From assembly GCA_018302765.1 (NCBI GenBank), contig JAGVZG010000027.1:1-29991 (forward strand): a stretch of DNA of 29,991 nucleotides. The letters are read 5' to 3'. This stretch comes from Candidatus Woesearchaeota archaeon. Lineage in GTDB: Archaea > Nanobdellota > Nanobdellia > SCGC-AAA011-G17 > GW2011-AR18. The position numbers were made by a program, and so were the translations under genes. Under the pieces are notes generated by a model. It searched no databases and had not been told where the DNA came from. It was given only the letters and a program-made list of their open reading frames with translations. Shown piece by piece: positions 17,403 through 26,366 of this stretch (the first letter of the stretch is position 1; each line of letters starts with the position of its first letter).

Positions 17403-18377
17403 TTAGCTAAAAAACCCAGCAGTCAAAATCTGTATACCATATCTAACTAAGAAAAAAACCAACAAAGACAAGCCCAAAAGTACAGGCAGTAATTTTATTC
17501 CTTCTTTTTCCTTTCCCTTGCTAATTAGTCCTATAATAAACGCACCCATTATTGAAGTCGTTATCAATATCAATAAAGCAAAATTAAATATAAAGGAAGG
17601 ACTAATATTTATAGCCTTCACAGCTAACGGTGTATTAAAACTAGCTGCAACACTAGAGGAAAACTGAACATTTTTTAAAGTACTAACTAAAATATCTACT
17701 AAAAATGTGCTTAAGCCAAGCAAGACAGGAGAACCAAATACTATTGCTATGAAAATAAATATAGTGTACATATTAACGCTAGTTCTTATCTTCTTATCAA
17801 CTAATTTCTGATTTTTTAGTTCATTAGAACTCTGCTGAAGCAGATCTGCTAATTTGCCTCCAGATTTTATTCCAGAAATAATCAGATTTATAGTTCTGGA
17901 CAAAGTTTCTGACTGCACTCTTTTTGTCATATTAAACAAAGCTTCCTCAATTGGCTTACCAGCAGTAATTTCCTTTCCAACAATATTTATTTCATATTCC
18001 AAAGGTCCAAACTCGGGCCTGGCAGACAACAGCAAAGCCCTGTCTGTTGTAAAACCAGCTCTTAAATTTGTAGCCATCAACTGCAAAGCATCTGGCAGAA
18101 TCTCATCTACTAATCTAGCTTTTTTATCTGCATAAACTAACAGCCACAGATATAAAACCAAGTACATCAAAACAAAAATAAAAATTCCAAAAATCCAAGT
18201 ATTCACATCATACAACCTACCAAACAATATTCCTAAGATTGCAGCAATCAAGAAATTAAACAAGAATATAAAACCCAAAAAACCATCAGGATTGACATTT
18301 ATGTTTGAGTAAATTAACAAATTTGTATAAAAATTCTTTAACTGCCTGGGATAAATTGAAGCAAATAGTTTATACAT
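17403..18377 (-). CDS. Type II/IV secretion system F-family (TadC/PilC-like) membrane platform protein
   Basis: LPDALQLMATNLRAG, EFGPL, GKPIEEAL, SGGKLADLL; multiple TM helices. Confidence 0.9.
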   Translation of the reverse strand: MYKLFASIYPRQLKNFYTNLLIYSNINVNPDGFLGFIFLFNFLIAAILGILFGRLYDVNTWIFGIFIFVLMYLVLYLWLLVYADKKARLVDEILPDALQLMATNLRAGFTTDRALLLSARPEFGPLEYEINIVGKEITAGKPIEEALFNMTKRVQSETLSRTINLIISGIKSGGKLADLLQQSSNELKNQKLVDKKIRTSVNMYTIFIFIAIVFGSPVLLGLSTFLVDILVSTLKNVQFSSSVAASFNTPLAVKAINISPSFIFNFALLILITTSIMGAFIIGLISKGKEKEGIKLLPVLLGLSLLVFFLVRYGIQILTAGFFS

Positions 18378-18378
18378 T

Positions 18379-19266
18379 TTAAAAACCTATAAGATTAGGC
18401 CTCCTGGTCTTTATCATTCCTAAAAACATTATCTGAAAGAATAATATAAAAACATAAATTCCAAAGAAAACCATCTTTATAGTAGAAGCTTCCTGATAAA
18501 CAAAAGAAGACAAAATTATCAGCATAGTCATTGCCAAAGCAGGCATTATAACAGCAATTATCATATAAAACATAGCCAGTGGGCTAAGCTGTGAGCCATA
18601 CTGCTCTATTTGTATTATCTGTTCTTTTGAAAGATTATTCAGTGTTTCTTCCAAAACAGAAGAAATATTACTGCCTGCCTTCATGCCATTAGAAATCTGC
18701 CAAAGTGCCCTTCTGTAGTACAAGGAAGGACTATTAGTTGCTGAGTCCTCTATAGCGTCAACTGCAGCTAATCCAGAACTAACTTTTTTTACTATATTTT
18801 TAAATTCATTAGAAACTCCACCATAATTCTGGTGCGATATGGCAACCATAGTATCAAATAAAGGAACTCCAGAATTTATATGTATTAATAAAGTTCTTAA
18901 TGCTGGAAGTAAGTTTCTATCTATGTCTCTTATGCGTCTTGAAGCAATTAACTTAGGATAAAACATCTGCTGCATAAAAATAAAAAAAGATATAATAAAA
19001 GAAGCTAAAAATGAAATAAATAAGAAATTAGTTGACAGTAAAAAATAAATTAATAAAAAACTAATAAAAAATATTAAAACAAAATAAACAAAAGTCACAA
19101 CAACGCACATTGAAATATACTCACGCGCATTAAATCCTGAATCAGCTTGCTTTAAGTCCATTTCTAAATAAGGAAAAAAAGGCTTAGGCAGTTCAGCTAA
19201 GCCCATAGCTGATTTTGAAATAGACCTTAATTTATTCTGAGGAATAATGGAAAAAGGTATTTTCAT
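18379..19266 (-). CDS. Second T2SS-F family (TadB/TadC-like) membrane protein
   Basis: LLPALRTLLIHINSGVPLFD, YGGVSNEF, GMKAGSNI; TM helices. Confidence 0.9.
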   Translation of the reverse strand: MKIPFSIIPQNKLRSISKSAMGLAELPKPFFPYLEMDLKQADSGFNAREYISMCVVVTFVYFVLIFFISFLLIYFLLSTNFLFISFLASFIISFFIFMQQMFYPKLIASRRIRDIDRNLLPALRTLLIHINSGVPLFDTMVAISHQNYGGVSNEFKNIVKKVSSGLAAVDAIEDSATNSPSLYYRRALWQISNGMKAGSNISSVLEETLNNLSKEQIIQIEQYGSQLSPLAMFYMIIAVIMPALAMTMLIILSSFVYQEASTIKMVFFGIYVFILFFQIMFLGMIKTRRPNLIGF

Positions 19267-20762
19267 CTTAGTATTTCCTTTACGTTACCTTTGTTCATAA
19301 GCTTAATTAAATTGTCTTTGTTTAAATAAAATTCCCTCATAACTTTCCCTACAGCATCAATCTTTCTTATGCTGTGCTTGACCATAAAATCAAGTATCTT
19401 AATTTTCTCCTTAAGATCTTGGTTGATTTCCTGCTGACTCATTCCAGTATGCCTACCTAAACTATCAAAAAACTTAACGCTTTCAGAATGCTTGATAATT
19501 TCATCAGTAGCTGGCTTCCATCTATAAATTATATTTGGCCTTACAACATTTACTCCCTGCTCCTCTGTTACTAAAAACTCACCAACTTGGTACAGCCTTC
19601 TTATTCCTCTGCGTCTATCTCTAAACATAACAACATTCAAATGCACTGCTTCTAAAAGATTTGAAGGAACATTGATTGGAGGGTTTATCAATCTGCTAAT
19701 AGTTTCAGCTACACTGTCTGCATGCAAAGTAGCATATACACTATGTCCTGTATGCATAGCCTCAAATAATACTTCAGCATCCCTCTGCCTTCTTATTTCT
19801 CCCAATATTATCCTATCTGGCCTCATCCTTAAGCTGTTAATTAAAAGATCGAGCATGGAAACTTCACCTTTGCCTTCAGGATTTGGAAGTCTAGTAACTA
19901 AAGGAGCCCAATACAAAAATTTTGGCAGAAGCAACTCTCTTGTGTCTTCTATGCTTAAAATTCTGTGATTTAATGGTATAAAAGGCATACAAACATTCAA
20001 AAAAGAAGTCTTGCCTGAAGCTGTTCCACCACTTATTATAATATTCATTTCATATTGCATAGCAAGCCATATTAAAGCAAACAATTGGGAAGTAGCTGTT
20101 TTATTTTTTATTAAGTCTGTTACAGTCCAAGGATCGCGTGCAAATTTCCTTATTGTTATTGTATTTCCCTTTGAGGATATTGGATACAAAACAGCATTTG
20201 CCCTATCTCCTGTAACTAAATGCGCATCTAATAAAGGATCTAAAGAAGTAATCTGTCTTCCTACACGCCTTGCTATAATTTCAGAATAGTTATTTATTTT
20301 GGCTTCAGAATCAATAACTACATTTGTAATAAGCCATCCATATCTTTTATGATAAACTCTTACAGGCTCTTGTGAAGAATTTACTACTATTTCCTCTAAT
20401 CCTTCATCCAACAACAAAAATTCAATATCTCCTAAACCAACCATTTCATTCATTAATCTACCTATTAAAACATTTTTAGTTGATTCATCTATATTCGGAA
20501 CTTCCTCTTTCAGCATTAAAGAAACTGCAGTCATAAATTTCTCTTTTATCTTGTCTATTGACTTAGGATCAAGAATTTCAGAAGAACTAAGTGTTATCTT
20601 GGTTACAATGCCTGTTTTTATAGAATCCAAAAGAGCTAATGTAGGAACAGAAAACTTTGGTATTGATAATTCATAATTAGTTGCTCTGTTTTTTAAACCC
20701 ATTATCTTTACTTGAATACTAAATCCATAAGATTTTATTGTATATCCTTCTATTGCTTCCAT
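19263..20762 (-). CDS. Type IV pilus assembly ATPase (T2SS-E / CpaF / PilB-like)
   Basis: LEEIVVN, GGTASGKT, SIEDTREL, LRMRPDRIILGEIR, MHTGH, TLHA. Confidence 0.94.
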   Translation of the reverse strand: MEAIEGYTIKSYGFSIQVKIMGLKNRATNYELSIPKFSVPTLALLDSIKTGIVTKITLSSSEILDPKSIDKIKEKFMTAVSLMLKEEVPNIDESTKNVLIGRLMNEMVGLGDIEFLLLDEGLEEIVVNSSQEPVRVYHKRYGWLITNVVIDSEAKINNYSEIIARRVGRQITSLDPLLDAHLVTGDRANAVLYPISSKGNTITIRKFARDPWTVTDLIKNKTATSQLFALIWLAMQYEMNIIISGGTASGKTSFLNVCMPFIPLNHRILSIEDTRELLLPKFLYWAPLVTRLPNPEGKGEVSMLDLLINSLRMRPDRIILGEIRRQRDAEVLFEAMHTGHSVYATLHADSVAETISRLINPPINVPSNLLEAVHLNVVMFRDRRRGIRRLYQVGEFLVTEEQGVNVVRPNIIYRWKPATDEIIKHSESVKFFDSLGRHTGMSQQEINQDLKEKIKILDFMVKHSIRKIDAVGKVMREFYLNKDNLIKLMNKGNVKEILR

Positions 20763-21250
20763 CTTAATTCCGGTTCTCCAAATGTGGGATAATGCGTATA
20801 TGCTAAACTATGAGATTCAAGTATCTTTCCCCACTGCTCTATCTTGGAATTGTCAATATTAAATAATTTAGAAACTTCAGAAAACTTAACAACATGATAT
20901 TTCTCAATCAGCCTGTACAGCTTATCTAAATCTGTTTCATATTTGTTATGCTTCAGTGCGATAAATCTTCTCATAGAATGTAATTTAACATCTCCAGAAA
21001 CAGGCTGCTTTACAGAAATAACTTTCTTATTAATATGTCTATTTTTGCTGCTGAATTTAATCACAAAAAATCCAACAATAGTAAACAAAGAAAACAATAA
21101 TCCAATATACAATAACCATAAATTAGAAAGCACCACAGAAAATATAAGTAATGAAATACTTACAAAATAAAACATTAAAAAATCCAGACTTTGTCTTCTT
21201 TCAGAAGTATTTTTCACACTATGAGAAGAACGCTTGTACACCTTTTTCAT
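20750..21250 (-). CDS. Membrane protein with a C-terminal winged-helix-like domain, first gene of the ATPase operon
   Basis: Two TM helices, then TDLDKLYRLIE...FSEVSKLF...IEQWGKILE...HYPTFGEP. The ATG at 21250 is preferred over the track's TTG at 21271 because TTTATAA lies ~30 nt upstream; overlaps the ATPase start. Confidence 0.7.
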   Translation of the reverse strand: MKKVYKRSSHSVKNTSERRQSLDFLMFYFVSISLLIFSVVLSNLWLLYIGLLFSLFTIVGFFVIKFSSKNRHINKKVISVKQPVSGDVKLHSMRRFIALKHNKYETDLDKLYRLIEKYHVVKFSEVSKLFNIDNSKIEQWGKILESHSLAYTHYPTFGEPELRWKQ

Positions 21251-21303
21251 TAACGATTTTTTACATTGCAACGTTATAAATATTTGTAATTATTTAAGAA
21301 TAG

Positions 21304-22122
21304 TTACACAATCCTTGGCTTGGCAGCTTTTATAAGTCCAAACTCAGGAAATGAAATATTCACAATGTTATTCATATGAACTTTCAGATTAGTGGCATTG
21401 TTAAAAGTAATTGTAATATTATAAAAAACAGAAGCATTCTGAAAAGTTTTTACTTCAAACAGACCAGCGCCATTTTTATTTAATTTGAGTTCAGAAGGCC
21501 CACCAGAAACTAATCTATTAAATTCAACATCAACGTCACTGCTTAAGTCAACATCTTTCTCCATTTGCAATGTTGAAGTTTGATTTTTAAATACAACAGT
21601 AAAGCTTGTATTGCCACTGCTAAATTCCTTCCAGTCTATATTGTCAATCATAATATCTGACTTATAAACAGTAAATACAACGCTATCTATATCTTTAAAA
21701 TTTGTCATGTAAATACTATCATTGCTAAAATAATAATCTATATTAACAGGAGTTAAATAAATTCTAGTATTGGCAGTAGAGCTATTGTCTATAAAAACAT
21801 GAGTTTCTCTGCTCTCAACAAAAGACTTAAAACCATCATAAAGCAAAATATACTTGTTTAATTTCTCGCTGTCAACTAACTGACTTATTGAAAGCTGTCC
21901 GTCTGCTAAACCAACACTAACTCCAGAATTTCCTAAGAATAAATTCACCAATGCTCCACTTAAAGAATCAAAAAGGCTGTTTGCCTGATTAAACAAAGAA
22001 ACATGAATAGCACTTTCACTAGTATACTGATTCAAATTAAATATTAAAAAAACTAATCCTAAAAAAATAATACTAAGCAAAAATGAAATTATTGTAAACA
22101 TTACTCCTTTACCCATATCCAA
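21304..22122 (-). CDS. Minor pilin-like protein (class III signal peptide)
   Basis: MGKG/VMFTIISFLL hydrophobic N-terminus and beta-rich C-terminus; overlaps the preceding pilin gene. Confidence 0.7.
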   Translation of the reverse strand: MDMGKGVMFTIISFLLSIIFLGLVFLIFNLNQYTSESAIHVSLFNQANSLFDSLSGALVNLFLGNSGVSVGLADGQLSISQLVDSEKLNKYILLYDGFKSFVESRETHVFIDNSSTANTRIYLTPVNIDYYFSNDSIYMTNFKDIDSVVFTVYKSDIMIDNIDWKEFSSGNTSFTVVFKNQTSTLQMEKDVDLSSDVDVEFNRLVSGGPSELKLNKNGAGLFEVKTFQNASVFYNITITFNNATNLKVHMNNIVNISFPEFGLIKAAKPRIV

Positions 22123-22508
22123 TACCTCGCTTCTCCATAGTCTGAACCAACTGCAAAATAACGTTTTCCTGCACCAACAAATCTATCTGACAACTGAATA
22201 TTCCCAGTATCAAAACTAAACCCGTCAGCAGTATATGCAGTTATCCTCATATCATAGCCTGCAGGAAGCAATTCTCTTGTCTTGTTATAAGTCAAATTAG
22301 CATTCAAACTGCCTAAAACCCCTGTATGGTCTAATAATGCTAATATATCGCTGCCAAGTGCAGTCATCTGAAGCTGGCTAAATCCATTATCAGAAGCTTT
22401 TGACACATAATAGACAGAAACAAAATATACCAACGCAAAAATAGTAATAGCAATCAATACGTCCAGAGTAAAGACAACTGCCTTACTTCCATAATGATAT
22501 TTCAACAT
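22101..22508 (-). CDS. Minor pilin-like protein (class III signal peptide)
   Basis: SKA/VVFTLDVLIAITI. Confidence 0.75.
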   Translation of the reverse strand: MLKYHYGSKAVVFTLDVLIAITIFALVYFVSVYYVSKASDNGFSQLQMTALGSDILALLDHTGVLGSLNANLTYNKTRELLPAGYDMRITAYTADGFSFDTGNIQLSDRFVGAGKRYFAVGSDYGEARYWIWVKE

Positions 22509-22953
22509 TTGCTACTCCATCTTTGTATATAACATTCCTTCTTAAGTTGACAGCCTGGCCAGAAGAATAGTTGCCTATTTCCACTATGCTCACATTATCC
22601 TTAACTAATAAAAAATAAAAATTATACAAACCAACATTAGTAGAATTAACTATGTTTGCATATCCTAAATTCTTAAAGGCCTCAAGTTTTTTATCAGAAA
22701 TAATAATACTTTTGCTTGACAAACCTATTAAATCAGGCGTGGAATTAAAATCCTCCCAGTTTTCAGGAACTCCAGGACTTTTTAGTAATTGGTCTGCAAG
22801 CTGAAGAGTATAAAGCTCAACTTCATTACGCATCAAAGCGTCACTAAATCTTAACTGATATACATTCCAGCTAACAAAAAAAGATACCAAAAGTACAATA
22901 AACAAAAATACTGCAAAAAATAAATCCATAATTACTATTTGAGCTTTAAGCAT
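22483..22953 (-). CDS. Minor pilin-like protein (class III signal peptide)
   Basis: LKA/QIVIMDLFFAV; LLKSPGVPENW motif. Confidence 0.8.
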   Translation of the reverse strand: MLKAQIVIMDLFFAVFLFIVLLVSFFVSWNVYQLRFSDALMRNEVELYTLQLADQLLKSPGVPENWEDFNSTPDLIGLSSKSIIISDKKLEAFKNLGYANIVNSTNVGLYNFYFLLVKDNVSIVEIGNYSSGQAVNLRRNVIYKDGVANVEISLWK

Positions 22954-23314
22954 TTTTTATAGTTACAAAACCATTATTGTTTATTATATTTACCCTCCCA
23001 GTAAAAGTTGAATTTATAATGTCGCCTCTATAGCTACAGACACTGCTAGTATTAAAACCTTCAACAATTATAGAACCACTATTGATAAAAACTCTGGAAG
23101 ACACATTAAAATCTATAACAGCTCCGTCCCCTAATTCCACTGCGCTGCTTAAAGCATTAGAAACCCTAAAGCATTCTCTTTTTAATTTAATAACTTTATC
23201 TGAAACTCTAATGCTTGCATTTTTTTCTAGGTAAAAAGAAAAAAATATAAGAAAAATAAAAATCACTAAAGAAATAGCTATAATAAATTCTAGACTTATC
23301 TGGCCAGTTTTCAT
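22946..23314 (-). CDS. Minor pilin-like protein (class III signal peptide)
   Basis: KTG/QISLEFIIAI with +5 Glu. Confidence 0.8.
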   Translation of the reverse strand: MKTGQISLEFIIAISLVIFIFLIFFSFYLEKNASIRVSDKVIKLKRECFRVSNALSSAVELGDGAVIDFNVSSRVFINSGSIIVEGFNTSSVCSYRGDIINSTFTGRVNIINNNGFVTIKNA

Positions 23315-24855
23315 ATAACAACACCTATGTCTGCCTCACTAATATGTGCAACCTTGCCATTCATTGTATTTTGCGGTGCGATCCTTAGTTTCACAAAGTT
23401 GCTCTTGCCTGTGAGCACCGTTTTTGTCACATTGATCTCATTAAAACCACGATTTATACCTGAAACAGCAATATTGTTCATAGCAAATGTTGTTGCATTA
23501 TCAAGAATAATATTTTGTTCATCTGAAGAATAAGCATAAACAATCAATGTATAAGGCAAAACCTCTGAATCTACAGTCTTGACTCTAATAGCATATTCTC
23601 TAAATTCATTCCTAGTTTTATTTAACTGCAATATATAACCTTCATACCGATCTCCAACAGATGTATAATAAAACCTAGCAGAACTTGGCGGCGTATTCTT
23701 ATCATCATCGCTTAAATCTAAAGTATATAACGTCAATGTTGACTGGTTATCTCTAGCAGTAATTCCCAAACCTGAAGAGATCTTAAAATTCCATGCAAGA
23801 TCTGGAACTCTATAATCAAAAGCATTGCCGACAATGCCGCTAGATGAATACACATTAACCAGTGAATTTGGATAAGGACTTTGATATCCTGTATTTCCAG
23901 AAATATCACTAGCAAAGCTTGTATTAATGTACCAAGAACCAACACTTTGTAAACTTATGGAAGTGCCATAAATTCCATCTCCGGCAACACCAGCGCATGT
24001 TCCAACATCACTTAAAGTATAATTTAGCTCTTCCGGCAGAGGGTAATTAAAAGGTGTATTTATAACAACCCAAGCGCCATCTATAGCATCATTATCAGTA
24101 ATAGTTGCATTTACACAAATAGAACTTCCTGCTGTTAAATTAATAGGACTAACCTTTGTATCGCTTACTGAAGGAGGACTTAAATCTAAATTAACCTTGA
24201 AATCAATCAATGAAGAAGAAATCATAACGTTGCCAAAATTGTCAACGCATCTTATATAATATTTATAATCTCCATTAGTCAATCCGCTTAAAGAATTAGT
24301 ATGACTTATGCCAGAACCATCAAAAAAATTTAACATTGAGCTATAGCTCTTGTCAGTAATATCATATTTACATTTGGCAGGCTCATCAGTTGTTACAGAC
24401 AAAGTAATATCACTAACCCTAACTGTACCAGAAGGAGAAACACTAATTACTACAGGCGCTGTTGTGTCATTAGCCAGGCCTACAACAACATTGTTGTCTT
24501 TTGCTTCAATAACTAATCTATAAACTCCAGCAACAACAGGTATTCTACCTGTTACATTAACACTACTGAAAGCAACTGCATCTCCAAGACTGTAAAATGA
24601 AAGTTTTATTGTTTTATTATATATAGAATAATCTTTGATTCCTTGTGGCACATTAATCCAAACATAATCCCTAGAGCCAGACCCCAAAGCATAAACTGCT
24701 TCTGATTTTCTAGCTAATATATTTACTATGTCACTTGCCTGATTTAATCTTGTTGTTCTGTTTGACTCAGACAGAGAATAATAAAAAATAGGTATTAAAA
24801 CTAACAAAACAATGCCTAAAATTATAACATACTCTACTGCTGCTTGTGCCCTCAT
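23311..24855 (-). CDS. Large pilin-like protein with Ig/Fn3-like domains; candidate tip adhesin
   Basis: MRA/QAAVEYVIILG; DTTAPVV, TTDEPAKCKY...YYIRCVDNFGN, DLSPPSV domain boundaries. Confidence 0.8.
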   Translation of the reverse strand: MRAQAAVEYVIILGIVLLVLIPIFYYSLSESNRTTRLNQASDIVNILARKSEAVYALGSGSRDYVWINVPQGIKDYSIYNKTIKLSFYSLGDAVAFSSVNVTGRIPVVAGVYRLVIEAKDNNVVVGLANDTTAPVVISVSPSGTVRVSDITLSVTTDEPAKCKYDITDKSYSSMLNFFDGSGISHTNSLSGLTNGDYKYYIRCVDNFGNVMISSSLIDFKVNLDLSPPSVSDTKVSPINLTAGSSICVNATITDNDAIDGAWVVINTPFNYPLPEELNYTLSDVGTCAGVAGDGIYGTSISLQSVGSWYINTSFASDISGNTGYQSPYPNSLVNVYSSSGIVGNAFDYRVPDLAWNFKISSGLGITARDNQSTLTLYTLDLSDDDKNTPPSSARFYYTSVGDRYEGYILQLNKTRNEFREYAIRVKTVDSEVLPYTLIVYAYSSDEQNIILDNATTFAMNNIAVSGINRGFNEINVTKTVLTGKSNFVKLRIAPQNTMNGKVAHISEADIGVVI

Positions 24856-24967
24856 TCTAATTTTTTTTTATTCAGCAATTAAAAAGATTTGTTTTGACTA
24901 TACAATAGTAAGACAAAGCTTAAATACGGCAATAAAACAAAGTATAGTGAGGCATTATAATTAATAA

Positions 24968-24975
24968 GAGGTGAT
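24968..24975 (+). promoter_or_regulatory. Strong Shine-Dalgarno (GAGGTGAT) of the major pilin
   Basis: AAGAGGTGATCAAATG directly before the ATG at 24979. Confidence 0.75.
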
Positions 24976-24978
24976 CAA

Positions 24979-25458
24979 ATGAAACAGAAAAAAGCTCAAG
25001 CAGCAATGGAATTTCTCATGACATATGGCTGGGCAATATTAGTAGTTCTAATTGCGATAGGTGCATTAGTCTATTTTGGCGTATTAAGCCCAGAAAGATT
25101 TGTGCAAGACAATTGTACATTAACGCCACCGCTAAGTTGTTCTCAGCTTGGTGACTTTGTTGCAACAGCATCTGCTGCTAGCAATGTTAAATTCCAAGTC
25201 CAAAATGGAGCAGGCAGTACTCTAAATATAGCATCTGCTTCTCTCATAGAAACTGATGGAAATATATGTACTAGAGTAGACATTACATCAAGCATTGGTG
25301 ACGGTGGTAAATCAGAATTCGTATTTACTTGTAATGATATAAGTGCACAAACACCAAAAGGAACAAAGTTCAAAGGTGATATAAGCATTACTTATTCATT
25401 GACAGGTGGAACATACAACCAGACAAGTACTGGAAAAATTGCTGTAAGAATACAGTAA
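24979..25458 (+). CDS. Probable major type IV pilin (class III signal peptide)
   Basis: KKA/QAAMEFLMTYGWAILVVLIAIGALVYFG, typical of archaeal pilins; four Cys in the globular domain; strong SD and own terminator. Confidence 0.88.
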   Translation: MKQKKAQAAMEFLMTYGWAILVVLIAIGALVYFGVLSPERFVQDNCTLTPPLSCSQLGDFVATASAASNVKFQVQNGAGSTLNIASASLIETDGNICTRVDITSSIGDGGKSEFVFTCNDISAQTPKGTKFKGDISITYSLTGGTYNQTSTGKIAVRIQ

Positions 25459-25475
25459 TTTTTTTCTTTTTTTTT
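25459..25475 (+). terminator. Oligo-T archaeal terminator after the pilin
   Basis: T7-C-T9 immediately after the TAA. Confidence 0.65.
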
Positions 25476-26328
25476 AATTAACTGCTATAGAAATATCAGG
25501 AATTTCTGCATGATATCCAACAAAAGATGCTTCATAGGATATATCAGAAAGACCATTTAATCCGAATTTACTAATAGATCCAAGGTACAAAAAACGAGCT
25601 TGTGATTTTTCAGGATTAAAAGCTGCAAGATTGAAAGGATGCCAAACTCCTAATGTTGACCATTTTATATGTACTGTTTTATCTATAAACCTCTGAGCTT
25701 CTTTTTTGCCTCCAGTATAAACTATAACTTGGGAATCTCTTACTTCGCCAGAATGATCTAGCAATCTTTCAACAGATTCATTACCGCTAATTGTTTCTCT
25801 AGCTAAACTCAATGGCCTTACTACAGCAAAAGGACTTGTATAGCCTCTTATTATCTTTTCTTCTAAAAACTGATCATAAGCTACCACATCTACATAAGTA
25901 TTGTCAAGAAGCCTGCAATCATTTAACAACACCTTTAAAGGATCTTCATCAAATAAATCAGTAAGTACAAAAGATCTAACGTCACTAACTCCTCCAGTTT
26001 TTCTTTTATGCATTTCCATGGCTAGTTGTAATTTTTCAGGAGGCAAAAGCTTTATCATACCTCCATGCAAAGTAATTACAACATGATCTTCATTGCAATA
26101 CTTATGTGATTTGTCTATTCCTGAAATATCTCCCGAATCTGTAGTACACCAGTTTGAATGTGGGAAATTTCTAATAAGTAATGGCATAATTGCAGGAATT
26201 AAATCTTTGTCTAAAACCTCTCTCTCAGCGTTAAAAATATTATTAACAGGAAGAAGTTTTCCCTTTAGGTCTTTATCAGTCAAGTAATCTTCATCATCTT
26301 TAGCTATTAAATCAAAGTAAATATCCAT
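25474..26328 (-). CDS. Hypothetical cytoplasmic protein with a DGR-variable-region-like (C-type-lectin-fold-like) C-terminus
   Basis: 284-aa ORF ending LGVWHPF...QARFLYLG-x5-GL-x-G-x3-I-x3-ASFVG. The CDS call is solid; the DGR-target interpretation is inference. Confidence 0.6.
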   Translation of the reverse strand: MDIYFDLIAKDDEDYLTDKDLKGKLLPVNNIFNAEREVLDKDLIPAIMPLLIRNFPHSNWCTTDSGDISGIDKSHKYCNEDHVVITLHGGMIKLLPPEKLQLAMEMHKRKTGGVSDVRSFVLTDLFDEDPLKVLLNDCRLLDNTYVDVVAYDQFLEEKIIRGYTSPFAVVRPLSLARETISGNESVERLLDHSGEVRDSQVIVYTGGKKEAQRFIDKTVHIKWSTLGVWHPFNLAAFNPEKSQARFLYLGSISKFGLNGLSDISYEASFVGYHAEIPDISIAVN

Positions 26329-26366
26329 TGTAAAATCAGAAAAAATACTAAAAATTATAAGGCTTA

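Noticed and set aside
25490-25508. AGAAAT-N7-ATTTCT hairpin downstream of the DGR-like region as a DGR cis element
   Set aside because: A 6-bp AT-rich stem without a GRA-type loop is expected by chance at this base composition.
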